A stretch of DNA of 64,000 bases from positions 3,712,001 to 3,776,000 of the forward strand of contig OZ253580.1 in the NCBI GenBank assembly GCA_965263035.1, in the 5' to 3' direction. The notes under the pieces were generated by a model. That model was not told the origin of the DNA. It made no database searches and saw nothing but the letters and a program-made list of their open reading frames with translations. How positions within the stretch are numbered: the stretch's first letter is position 1; each line of letters begins with the position of its first letter. Of this stretch, positions 36,703 through 45,341 are shown piece after piece. The position numbers and the translations under genes are program-made. This stretch comes from Acidobacteriota bacterium. GTDB lineage: Bacteria > Acidobacteriota > UBA6911 > RPQK01 > JAJDTT01.

Positions 36703-39204
36703 TCATCCGGTGAGTTTTCGGTTGCCGGGGTCGTAGCGGGGAAGGGACACTACCGTTGCGCTCTGGGGCTCCTCGAAATAATCGATCTCCAGACGGGTTC
36801 CCGGCTGCGAGACCTCCGTCGGGAGATAGCTGAACGCCAGGCTCTCCTGGACCGTGTAGCCGTAATCCGCACTGGTAACGTAACCTACCCGATTACCGCC
36901 GAAGCGGACCGGCTCGGCACCCATGAGCACCGTATGGGGGTCCTCCAGCCGGAGGCAGCACCATTTCCGGCTCACACCCTCAGCCGCGACCCTTTGCAGC
37001 GCGGCGCGCCCCAGGAAGTTCTCCTTGTCCATGCATACGGCGAAACCGAGACCCGCTTCCAGCGGATTGTATTCCGTATGAACGTCGGCCCCCCAGAGCC
37101 GGTAGCCCTTCTCCAGCCTCAGGCTCTCGAAGGCTCCTCCTCCGGCCGCCGCCACGCCCAAGGGACGACCCGCCTCCCAGAGAGTGTCCCAAAGATGCAA
37201 GCCGTATTCCGTCGGGGCGTAGAGCTCCCAACCCAGTTCCCCCACATAGGAGATGCGAAGAGCCAGCACCGGCACGTGGCGCACGTAGATCCGCCGGGCG
37301 GTCAGGTAGGGAAAGGCCTGGTCCGACAGGTCGTTCTCGCTGACGGATTGAACCAGCTCGCGGGCGGCAGGACCCCAGACTCCAAGACAGCAATAGGCCG
37401 ACGTCAGGTCCCGGATCTGTACAGCGCTTTCCCGGTCAAGATGAAAGCGGAGCCAAGCCAGGTCGCGCTTGCCCGTCGCGGCTCCCGTGATCACCCAGAA
37501 GCGCTCCTCCTCCCAACGGGTGACCGTGAGATCGGCCTCCATCCCTCCCCGGCGGTTCAGCAGGGAGGTGTAGGTGATTCGGCCGGGAGGCCGGTCCATC
37601 TGGTTGGCGGCCAGGTGCTGGAGAAAGGAGAGCGAACCTGGCCCCGCGACCTCCAGCTTGGTGAAGGGGGTCAGATCGAAGAGGCAGACCCGCTCCCGGG
37701 CGGCACGATGCTCGGAACCGACCAAGGGGGACCAGAAACGAGCGCTCCAGCCCTGCCGGTCGTGTCCCCCTTCGGGACCCGGGAGGCGCTCGCTGGCGGC
37801 GAACCAGTGGGGCCGTTCCCAGCCCGAGCTCTCGAACATCTCCCCGCCCAATTCCTCCAGGCGCGGGTGAAAGGGGCTCAGGCGCAACCGGCGCGGACGC
37901 TCGATCTGCTGGCGGGGATGGATGATGTCGTAGACTTCCCGGTATTGACGCCTTCCCCGAGCCAAGACGTAGGGTCGGCTGTGGACATGGGCGTGGAAGC
38001 GATTGCAGTCCAGGTCCCGCAGGTCCAACGGGGGAAGACCTTCCACCATGTACTGGGCGATGGCCCGGCCCACGCCGCCGCCGTGAGTGAGCCACACCCC
38101 CTCCGCCAGCCAGAGACCCTCCAGATGAGCGGATCGTCCCAGCAGCGACTGGCCGTCGGGGGTAAAGGCAAAGATCCCGTTGATCAGGAAGGGAAACGAT
38201 GTCCCCCGCAGGCACGGAAACAGCTCCATGGAGTCGGCCAAGGCGTTCTCGAAGTGGTGGGATGGGAACGGACGGAGCGCCGATTGGGGAGCCCCGGTTC
38301 GGTCCAGTCCCAGCGACTCGACGGCTACCGGTAAAGGATCGTGACGGTAGGAGCCCACGCCATAGCGGTCGAAGTCCTGCCGGAAATACATGGAGCGGTC
38401 CTGATGCCGGAGGATCGGCTGTGTCACTTCCTCACTCGCTCCCGCCAGCACGGACAGTGGATCCGTCCGGGCGTAGAGATGCTGCATGGGCTGCATGGGG
38501 ACGGGAACTCCCGCCAACCTGCCGACGCTGGGACCCCAGATTCCCGCGCAGAGGAGAACCGTCTCGGCTTCGATACGGCCCTGGCTGCAGACCACTGCCG
38601 TCACCCTGGAATCGCGGGTCTCGATGGCGGTGACTCTGGCGTCGGGCACGAATAGCGCGCCCCGGCTCCCGGCCTTCCGGGCCAGCGCCTTCAAGATGCT
38701 GACGCCCTTTCCCAGGCCGTCGGAGGGGACGTGGTACCCGCTGTAGACTCGCCGTATATCGATATGGGGGATGAGGGACCCGACCTCTTCCGGGGTCAGG
38801 ATCCCCGCCGGCAACTGCCAGGATCGGGCCAGCCCGACGCGCCGCTTCAGTTCCTGGTGCCGTTCTCGGCTGCAGGCAACCTCGATACTTCCCACTGGGT
38901 AGAAACAGGGACCTTCCGATGCGGTTCCCAACTCGCGATAGAGCTGAACGGTCCACTGAGCCAGCCGGCAGACGGTCCGGGAAGGATTGGTTTGGAAGAC
39001 CAGACCGGGAGCATGTGAGGTGGACCCCAGAACCTGGAACAGAGGCCCCTGGTCCAGGACGACCACGTCATCCCAGCCGTAGCGGGTCAGGTAGTAGGCC
39101 GCGCTGGAGCCCACCACGCCGGCGCCGATGATGACGACCCGGGCACGCCGGGGAAGTCTGAGGGGATCCATGGATGCGAGCGTCTTTGGGGGCGAAGCCT
39201 CCAT
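36703..39204 (-). CDS. GcvT-family FAD/folate-dependent amine oxidoreductase (dimethylglycine oxidase/dehydrogenase-like)
   Basis: IIGAGVVG, GSTSHAPG, FTPDG, WERPHWF, SYVGELGWELY and SLRLEKGYRLWG. Confidence 0.9.
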   Translation of the reverse strand: MEASPPKTLASMDPLRLPRRARVVIIGAGVVGSSAAYYLTRYGWDDVVVLDQGPLFQVLGSTSHAPGLVFQTNPSRTVCRLAQWTVQLYRELGTASEGPCFYPVGSIEVACSRERHQELKRRVGLARSWQLPAGILTPEEVGSLIPHIDIRRVYSGYHVPSDGLGKGVSILKALARKAGSRGALFVPDARVTAIETRDSRVTAVVCSQGRIEAETVLLCAGIWGPSVGRLAGVPVPMQPMQHLYARTDPLSVLAGASEEVTQPILRHQDRSMYFRQDFDRYGVGSYRHDPLPVAVESLGLDRTGAPQSALRPFPSHHFENALADSMELFPCLRGTSFPFLINGIFAFTPDGQSLLGRSAHLEGLWLAEGVWLTHGGGVGRAIAQYMVEGLPPLDLRDLDCNRFHAHVHSRPYVLARGRRQYREVYDIIHPRQQIERPRRLRLSPFHPRLEELGGEMFESSGWERPHWFAASERLPGPEGGHDRQGWSARFWSPLVGSEHRAARERVCLFDLTPFTKLEVAGPGSLSFLQHLAANQMDRPPGRITYTSLLNRRGGMEADLTVTRWEEERFWVITGAATGKRDLAWLRFHLDRESAVQIRDLTSAYCCLGVWGPAARELVQSVSENDLSDQAFPYLTARRIYVRHVPVLALRISYVGELGWELYAPTEYGLHLWDTLWEAGRPLGVAAAGGGAFESLRLEKGYRLWGADVHTEYNPLEAGLGFAVCMDKENFLGRAALQRVAAEGVSRKWCCLRLEDPHTVLMGAEPVRFGGNRVGYVTSADYGYTVQESLAFSYLPTEVSQPGTRLEIDYFEEPQSATVVSLPRYDPGNRKLTG

Positions 39205-39371
39205 CCGGCCCGGATTCTATCGCCGTAGGGGTCGCCGGAACAACTCTCGCAAGGGGTTCTCCGGCATCGTCAGTCATGACCGTCGGCCGGATTGAAGCCC
39301 CGGTCGAGTGCCGTAGCCACTTTCAGTCGCTGCTGTTAGAGTTGCCCCTTCTGCTACGGGAACCGAATCGC

Positions 39372-40883
39372 ATGATCCTCTCCTTCGTCCTCTATTTGGT
39401 GATCCTGCTGGGGCTGGGCCTCTACGCGTCCCGCTTCATCAAGAGCCTGAAGGGATTCCTGCTGGCCGACCGCTCCATGGGACCCTTCGTCACCGCACTG
39501 TCCGCCGAGGCCTCCGCCATGAGCGGCTGGCTGCTGATCGCGGTCCCCGCACGTGCTTTCACCTACGGACTCTCCGCCATCTGGGTGGGAATGGCCTGTG
39601 TCATGGGGGACGCGGTGAGTTGGTTGTTCGTCTCCAAGCGGTTGCGGCGGCAGACGGAGCGGCTCCGGGCCCTGACCCTGCCCGAGTACCTGGAGAAGAG
39701 ATTCCCCAAGAAAGGCGGCTACGCCGTACAGCTGGTTGCGACCTCGGGAATCATGGTCTTCATGCTCATTTACCTCTGGGCGCAGTTCGTGGCTGCGGGA
39801 AAGGCCATGTCGGCCATTCTGGACTACGTCGACTACTCGGAAGCCACACTGCTGGCTGCCGTCATCATCATCGCCTACACCCTCCTGGGAGGATTCCGAG
39901 CCGTCGCCTGGACCGACTTCCTTCAAGGTTTCATGATGCTGTTCGCCCTGACGGCACTGCCCCTGATCTGCCTGGCGAACGTGGGTGGCTGGAGCGCGCT
40001 CATGGGACACCTTTCCCAGGTTTCCTCCGAGATGCCGGGGACTGCCAGCGCCAACCTGGATCACTGGTTCGCCGGGCTGACGGGACTGGTGTTGTTCACC
40101 TTTCTTTTCGAGGACGCCGGAGTGGGGGTCGGCTACGTGGGTCAACCTCACCTCTGCTCCCGCTACATGGCGATCCGGAAGGTCTCCCAACTGAAGACGG
40201 CCTTCGTGGTGTCCGTCTTCTGGAATCTCCTGGCGGTTTCGGGAGCCGTGCTTCTGGGGCTGACCGCCCATCACTGGTATCGATTCGCGTCCGGGGCCGG
40301 CGGAACGGTGGAGTCCAGGCTGGATTCCGCCCTGGTCTTCCACGTGGAGCAGGTGCTGCCCATGATGGCTCGCCAGGTTCTGGATCCTTGGGTCGCCGGA
40401 ATTCTGGTCTCGGCCATGCTGGCGGCCATCATGTCCTCAGCCGACAGCTTTCTGCTTTCCGCCGCCAGCTCCATGACCCGGGACGTCTACCAGCGCATCT
40501 TCCGGCAACAGGCCTCGGAACGGGAACTGCTCAAGATGTCGAGAGTGGTGATCATCGTGCTGGGAACGGGAGCTTTGCTGCTGGCCCTCTCGACCGATCC
40601 CTGGGATCCTGAAGCCACCGTTTATCAGCTCGTCCTGTACGCTTGGGGCGGACTCTCCGCTTGCTTTACCGCCCCCCTCGTAATGGCCCTCTTCTACCGG
40701 AAAATGACGCGAGCCGGATGCCTGGCGGGGATCCTGATCGGCGCCGGCACCAGCTTGGTCTGGCGCAATGTCGAGGTCCTCTCCTCCGTCGCCTACGAGT
40801 TGATCCCGTCAGTGATCATCTCGGGCTGCTCCGTATGGCTGGTCTCACGGTTGACCTGGAACGGAAACGCCGAGAAGCACTGA
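39372..40883 (+). CDS. putP: Sodium:solute (proline-type) symporter
   Basis: ALSAEASAMSGWLL, GGFRAVAWTDFLQG, GQPH, AAIMSSADS and YAWGGL. Confidence 0.8.
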   Translation: MILSFVLYLVILLGLGLYASRFIKSLKGFLLADRSMGPFVTALSAEASAMSGWLLIAVPARAFTYGLSAIWVGMACVMGDAVSWLFVSKRLRRQTERLRALTLPEYLEKRFPKKGGYAVQLVATSGIMVFMLIYLWAQFVAAGKAMSAILDYVDYSEATLLAAVIIIAYTLLGGFRAVAWTDFLQGFMMLFALTALPLICLANVGGWSALMGHLSQVSSEMPGTASANLDHWFAGLTGLVLFTFLFEDAGVGVGYVGQPHLCSRYMAIRKVSQLKTAFVVSVFWNLLAVSGAVLLGLTAHHWYRFASGAGGTVESRLDSALVFHVEQVLPMMARQVLDPWVAGILVSAMLAAIMSSADSFLLSAASSMTRDVYQRIFRQQASERELLKMSRVVIIVLGTGALLLALSTDPWDPEATVYQLVLYAWGGLSACFTAPLVMALFYRKMTRAGCLAGILIGAGTSLVWRNVEVLSSVAYELIPSVIISGCSVWLVSRLTWNGNAEKH

Positions 40884-40889
40884 ATAAGA

Positions 40890-41807
40890 CTACGCTGATC
40901 CTTCGACCCGGGCGCCGTGGGTGTCCAGATCCAGGACCCGGAATTGGGCGCGGGTCCCGGCCGCCGCCAGAGTCCGGACCATCCAGGCGCCGATCTCCGC
41001 TTCCCGGCCGGCGGCCAGTGCGATCACGGTGGAACCCGAACCGCTGATGAAGGTGCCCAAGAACGAGGCGCTCCAGGCGCGGTCCGGAGAAGGTCCCGAA
41101 AGCACCTTCTCCAATCCCGGCACCAAGCTCGCCCGGTAGGACTGGTGGAGCCGGTCCAGCGTCGCTTCCCTCAGGAGCCGGGCCTCGCCCGTGTGAAGCG
41201 CATGCACCAGCAGAGAGGAGCGCTGGATGTTGAACACGGCAGCGGCCAGATCATAGGATCGCGGCAGGATGGCGCGGGCTTCGGGCGTGGAAATGGTCTG
41301 GTCCGGCACGGCCACGACGAAACGGCAGCCCAGGGCGGAACGCAGCCGCAGGGAGCGGACCCGGGATCCGGACGTCCAGGAAAGGACCCATCCGCCCAGC
41401 AGGCTGGCGGCCAGATTGTCGGGATGGCCTTCCAGGGGATAGGCGATCCGGAGGAGGTCGTCGTTGGAAAAGCGCTCACCGGTGATCTTTTCGGCGATCT
41501 TGATCCCCGCGATAATGGCGGCGCCGCTGCTGCCCAGCCCGCGGGTGAGGGGGATGGGGTTGTCGATGCTGAGGCGAATACCGGGTACCTCGACGCCCAA
41601 GGCGGAGAAGGCGACCCGCAGGGACCGGTCCAGGACGTTCTCCTCCAGGGGCAGGCTCCAATCTGGAGGCCACTCCAGTCCGGCGCCCTCGATGGACTCC
41701 ACTCCGATGGTCAGGTAAAGGCTCAGGGCTGCCGAGAGAGTATCGAACCCGGGTCCCAGATTACTGGTGCTGGCCGGGACGCGGACCTGGAATGGCTTCC
41801 AGCTCAT
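40890..41807 (-). CDS. thrB: Homoserine kinase
   Basis: VPASTSNLGPGFD, PLTRGLGSSGAA, EGHPDN and ISGSGST. Confidence 0.93.
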   Translation of the reverse strand: MSWKPFQVRVPASTSNLGPGFDTLSAALSLYLTIGVESIEGAGLEWPPDWSLPLEENVLDRSLRVAFSALGVEVPGIRLSIDNPIPLTRGLGSSGAAIIAGIKIAEKITGERFSNDDLLRIAYPLEGHPDNLAASLLGGWVLSWTSGSRVRSLRLRSALGCRFVVAVPDQTISTPEARAILPRSYDLAAAVFNIQRSSLLVHALHTGEARLLREATLDRLHQSYRASLVPGLEKVLSGPSPDRAWSASFLGTFISGSGSTVIALAAGREAEIGAWMVRTLAAAGTRAQFRVLDLDTHGARVEGSA

Positions 41808-43267
41808 CCGACTCTAGCCAGATCCTGCGGGTGGCTTCGGACCAGTTCCAGCATGGCGTCCCGGTTCGGCTCCCGGCCCGTCCAGGTCGAGAACTGGAGC
41901 GCCGCCTGCTCTACGAACATCTCCATTCCCGAGATGGTTCCGATGCCCTGTCCAGCCGCCAACTTCAAGAGCTTCGTCTCCTCCGGCTGGTAGACCAAAT
42001 CGTAGACCCATTCGAAACGCAGGTCCGGCTCTGCCAGCAGCGAGGCGTCCACGTCGGGGGACTGGCCCACCGGAGTAGTGTTGACGCAGAGAAAAGCGGA
42101 ATCGGGAAGTTCCGGGAGCAAGGTATGGGCACAGCCGTATCGGCGTGCGAACCGTGCGACCCGCTCCGCACTGCGTCCGGCCACCGTCACCCGCGCTCCG
42201 TGGCCGATCAAAGCCTCCATCACCGTGTGGGCGACGCCGCCGTTTCCCAGGACCAGAGCGTCCTTTCCTCGAATGGGGGTCCTGGAGAGAAGTGGCTGCA
42301 GGAACCCGCGATAGTCCGTGTTCAATCCCTCCCACCGGCCGTCTTTGCGCACCAGCGTGTTGATGGCGGGCGCCGCAGCAGTGTCTCGGGAAACCAGGGC
42401 GGCGGCGTCCTGCTTGAACGGCAGCGTCACACTGAACCCCTTGAAGGACAGACGGCTGCCCTCCAGGTAGTGGAACCACGGCTCCAGCTCGTCCAGCCGG
42501 ATCGGGAGATAGAGCTGGCGGTCGAGATCGTGTCGCCTGAAAAGCTGATTATGGATCCAGGGAGACCTGGAGTGAGCCACCGGATTCCCCAGAACGGCGT
42601 ACAGATCGGGAGCCTGATTCCAGGAATCGAGCCGGTAGAGATCCACTGCGGTTTCCAGGCTGAATTGACCTGGGGCGGTTCCCTCGCCCTCTTCCTCCGC
42701 CACGAAAGTCCAGGCGTTCCCCAGGAAGGCACCCAAGGCCCGGGAGGGCTGGCCGAAGTCCCCCATCCCCAGCAGGACGTATGCTGCCCCCTGGGGGACC
42801 GATTCCATCCAGCTCAACAGGGTCACCAACTCCCGGGTGGAAGAGACCATCACGGCGATCTTGACCACATCGCCCTTCAAGGCGTCGAGTCTGGCGTAGA
42901 GGCGGTTCAGATCTCCGGGAAAGGTGTCGAAGGAGTGGAAAGAACGGATCAGTCGTGTCGTGTCGGGGAAGGGCGGGAGTTCCTGGACGTCATGTTCGAC
43001 GTCCACCCAATGGAATCCGCTCCTCGCGGCCTCCAGGAGCAGGTTCAATCGATCCGCTTCCGGACCGGTATAATTCCCCCCCTCGCGCGGGGGGCGGCAA
43101 GTTGCGATGAACTCGGTCCGGGTCCCGGCCGGCAGGGGTGGGACTTGAGGTGTGGAAAGACTATCCAGGCGGCATTCGATGAGGGCCACCCGGCCCGCAT
43201 ATCGATGAACCTTTTCCAGCAGGCGTGACGGCGATTCCTCGCCCAGGGCGAGACAGAGTCTGGGCAT
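41804..43267 (-). CDS. aroE: Bifunctional type I 3-dehydroquinate dehydratase / shikimate dehydrogenase (AroD-AroE fusion)
   Basis: N-terminal ECRLD, IATCR, KIAV, TAPGQ; C-terminal HSRSPWIHN, SVTLPFK, NTDY and DLVYQP. Confidence 0.9.
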   Translation of the reverse strand: MPRLCLALGEESPSRLLEKVHRYAGRVALIECRLDSLSTPQVPPLPAGTRTEFIATCRPPREGGNYTGPEADRLNLLLEAARSGFHWVDVEHDVQELPPFPDTTRLIRSFHSFDTFPGDLNRLYARLDALKGDVVKIAVMVSSTRELVTLLSWMESVPQGAAYVLLGMGDFGQPSRALGAFLGNAWTFVAEEEGEGTAPGQFSLETAVDLYRLDSWNQAPDLYAVLGNPVAHSRSPWIHNQLFRRHDLDRQLYLPIRLDELEPWFHYLEGSRLSFKGFSVTLPFKQDAAALVSRDTAAAPAINTLVRKDGRWEGLNTDYRGFLQPLLSRTPIRGKDALVLGNGGVAHTVMEALIGHGARVTVAGRSAERVARFARRYGCAHTLLPELPDSAFLCVNTTPVGQSPDVDASLLAEPDLRFEWVYDLVYQPEETKLLKLAAGQGIGTISGMEMFVEQAALQFSTWTGREPNRDAMLELVRSHPQDLARVG

Positions 43268-43277
43268 GGGCGTCTAA

Positions 43278-43600
43278 CAGTCCGTGGTGAAAGTCCCGCG
43301 TAGGAGTCTGCGCGGTAGAAATGATCGTAGCGAGAAAGTGGGGAATCGAGGCCAGATTTTCTCGATTTGGAGGTGCATAGTTGTTCTATTCGCCGAGAAA
43401 TCGAGGAAATATGGACCGATTCTACCGCTTTCGCAGCAGATCAATTTCTGCGGCGCAGGCTCCTAGCACCGAGACCGGGGCTGCGCCCGCCGGACAAGGC
43501 GCGGTGAGGGAGCGTATTCGACCATATGTGACCGAGTCGCAACGCAGTCCGCCGGGATGCAGACCCGGTCGAATGTCGCGACGACTCTTGCCACGGGCTG
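43278..43600 (-). mobile_element. Family B MITE copy B2, interrupted by family A copy A2
   Basis: B ends at 43278 and 43600; 323 bp is consistent with a ~160-bp B element plus the 161-bp A element and its TA flank. Confidence 0.8.
43303..43463 (+). mobile_element. Family A MITE copy A2 (nested in B2)
   Basis: Near-identical to 19706-19866; TA on both sides (43301-43302, 43464-43465). Confidence 0.85.
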
Positions 43601-43606
43601 TCAGGT

Positions 43607-44173
43607 TCACCCGTTCACGACCGAACCAGGGTCGCCGCCGCCGCCGATTCGGCCCCAGAACCTGCGGAAGTATTCGACCATGGAAGCGCAGGCCAGAAAC
43701 ACGACTACCCACAACAGGATTTCTCCGGCGCTCGCCAGCCAGGCGGAACCCCGCTGTCCCAGGATCAGGCAGCTCACGCACAGGACCTGGGTCGCCATCT
43801 TGGCCTTCCCCAACCGGGAAGCGTCGATGGTGACTCCCTGGGCCGAGGCAATGCTTCTGAGTCCGGTTACGGCAAGCTCGCGGCCGATGACCAGGATCAC
43901 CATCCAGGCGGAAGCCACTCCCCACTCCACCAGTGCGACCAGGGCCGCCGATATGAGCACTTTGTCCGCCACCGGATCCAGGAGCTTGCCCAGCGTGGTC
44001 ACCTGCAGCCGTTTACGTGCAAGGTAGCCGTCGAAATAGTCGGTTGCCGAGGCGGCAAGGAACACGATGAATCCCCACAATTCCCGATCCTTGAATTTCC
44101 CCGTCAGCAGCACCACCAGGAGCAGGGGCACCAGGAAAATTCGCAAAATCGTAAGGGCGTTCGGCAGGTTCAT
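43607..44173 (-). CDS. pgsA: CDP-diacylglycerol--glycerol-3-phosphate 3-phosphatidyltransferase
   Basis: MNLPNALTILRI and TDYFDGYLARK...GKLLDPVADK. Confidence 0.95.
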   Translation of the reverse strand: MNLPNALTILRIFLVPLLLVVLLTGKFKDRELWGFIVFLAASATDYFDGYLARKRLQVTTLGKLLDPVADKVLISAALVALVEWGVASAWMVILVIGRELAVTGLRSIASAQGVTIDASRLGKAKMATQVLCVSCLILGQRGSAWLASAGEILLWVVVFLACASMVEYFRRFWGRIGGGGDPGSVVNG

Positions 44174-44247
44174 GGGGGCTTAAAGTAACACAATCTCCGA
44201 AAGAGTCACAAACGATTCCAAGGGGGTCTGAGCCCACTTGCCCCCAG

Positions 44248-44407
44248 CAGTCCGTGGTGAAAGTCCCGCGAGCACGGAGACCGTTCCTGCGCCCGCCGGA
44301 CCAGGCGCGATGAGGGAGCATACCGGGAGATATGTGACCGAGTCGCAACGCAGTCCGCGCACGATGCAGGGACGGTCGGATGCCGTGACGACTTTTGCCA
44401 CGGACTG
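44248..44407 (-). mobile_element. Family B MITE copy B3
   Basis: Reverse-complement match to 35653-35812. Confidence 0.85.
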
Positions 44408-44594
44408 CCAGGTTCGACGATTCGCACGGGCCAATGGCGGGTCTGGACCGCCGGCACAGCCCGAGTAAGCTAAACTTGCGTCAAATGTGAAACTTTTCCG
44501 GATTATCCGGAATCTGATTTTGGTCTGAAGGGATTGACAAAGATCGCAGGAATCGCTCCAATGGGCGGTTCGGACTTGGAGAGAGGTTCCGACA

Positions 44595-45065
44595 ATGACT
44601 CGAGTTGGAAAAGTTGTCCTTATTATGTTCGGGACACTGGCGCTTAGCGCCTCCGCCGGGATCGGTCTGCTCTTGGATCCCAACCTGGGGGCGCTGCTCG
44701 GAGGTTTCCGGCCGGATTCGGCGTCCCTAGAGCGGTTCATTGGACCGCGGGATTCCGGATATCGCGTCTTTGTCGCCACAGCCTACTGCCTCAAGGGGGT
44801 TACCCGTTCCGGCGTGCAGGTCAAACGGGGCATCGTGGCGGCCGATCCGTCCAGAATTCCTCTGGGATCGGTCATCCAGGTGAGGGCCGGCACCTACAGT
44901 GGGATCTACAGGGTTCTCGACACCGGTTCCGCGATCAAGGGCAGAGTCATCGACATCTACGTTCCCGACTACAACGAGGCCATGCGGTTCGGCAGACAAC
45001 GGGTTCAGGTCCGTGTTCTGCGCCACGGCTGGGATCGGGAAATTCCCACCGATACGCTGAGCTAG
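44595..45065 (+). CDS. 3D-domain (MltA-like lytic transglycosylase) protein
   Basis: ATAYC, VAADP..IPLGS and DTGSAIKGRVIDIY. Confidence 0.88.
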   Translation: MTRVGKVVLIMFGTLALSASAGIGLLLDPNLGALLGGFRPDSASLERFIGPRDSGYRVFVATAYCLKGVTRSGVQVKRGIVAADPSRIPLGSVIQVRAGTYSGIYRVLDTGSAIKGRVIDIYVPDYNEAMRFGRQRVQVRVLRHGWDREIPTDTLS

Positions 45066-45225
45066 GAGCCTGCGCCGCAGAAATTGATCTACTGCGAAAG
45101 CGGTAGAATCGGTCCATATTTCCCCGATTTCTCGGCGAATAGAACAACTATGCACCTCCAAATCGAGAAAATCTGGCCTCGATTCCCCACTTTCTCGCTA
45201 CGATCATTTCTACCGCGCAGACTCC
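45065..45225 (-). mobile_element. Family A MITE copy A3
   Basis: Reverse-complement match to A1; its first G completes the TAG stop of the 3D gene. Confidence 0.85.
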
Positions 45226-45228
45226 TGG

Positions 45229-45285
45229 CAGCCCGTGGCAAAAGTCGTCACGGCATTCGACCGTCCCTGCATCGTGCGCGGACTG
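45229..45285 (+). mobile_element. Family B MITE, internally deleted copy B4
   Basis: First 57 bp of B, ending at the internal CGGACTG that equals the right terminus. Confidence 0.75.
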
Positions 45286-45324
45286 CTAGCGATCCTCTCA
45301 ACAACCGGGTCCTTCCCCGCCGGT

Positions 45325-45333
45325 TGCTATAAT
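45325..45333 (+). promoter_or_regulatory. Extended -10 promoter (TGcTATAAT) of uvrC, probably leaderless
   Basis: TATAAT at 45328-45333, 8 nt before ATG 45342; no SD sequence. Confidence 0.6.
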
Positions 45334-45341
45334 TCCGCTCG

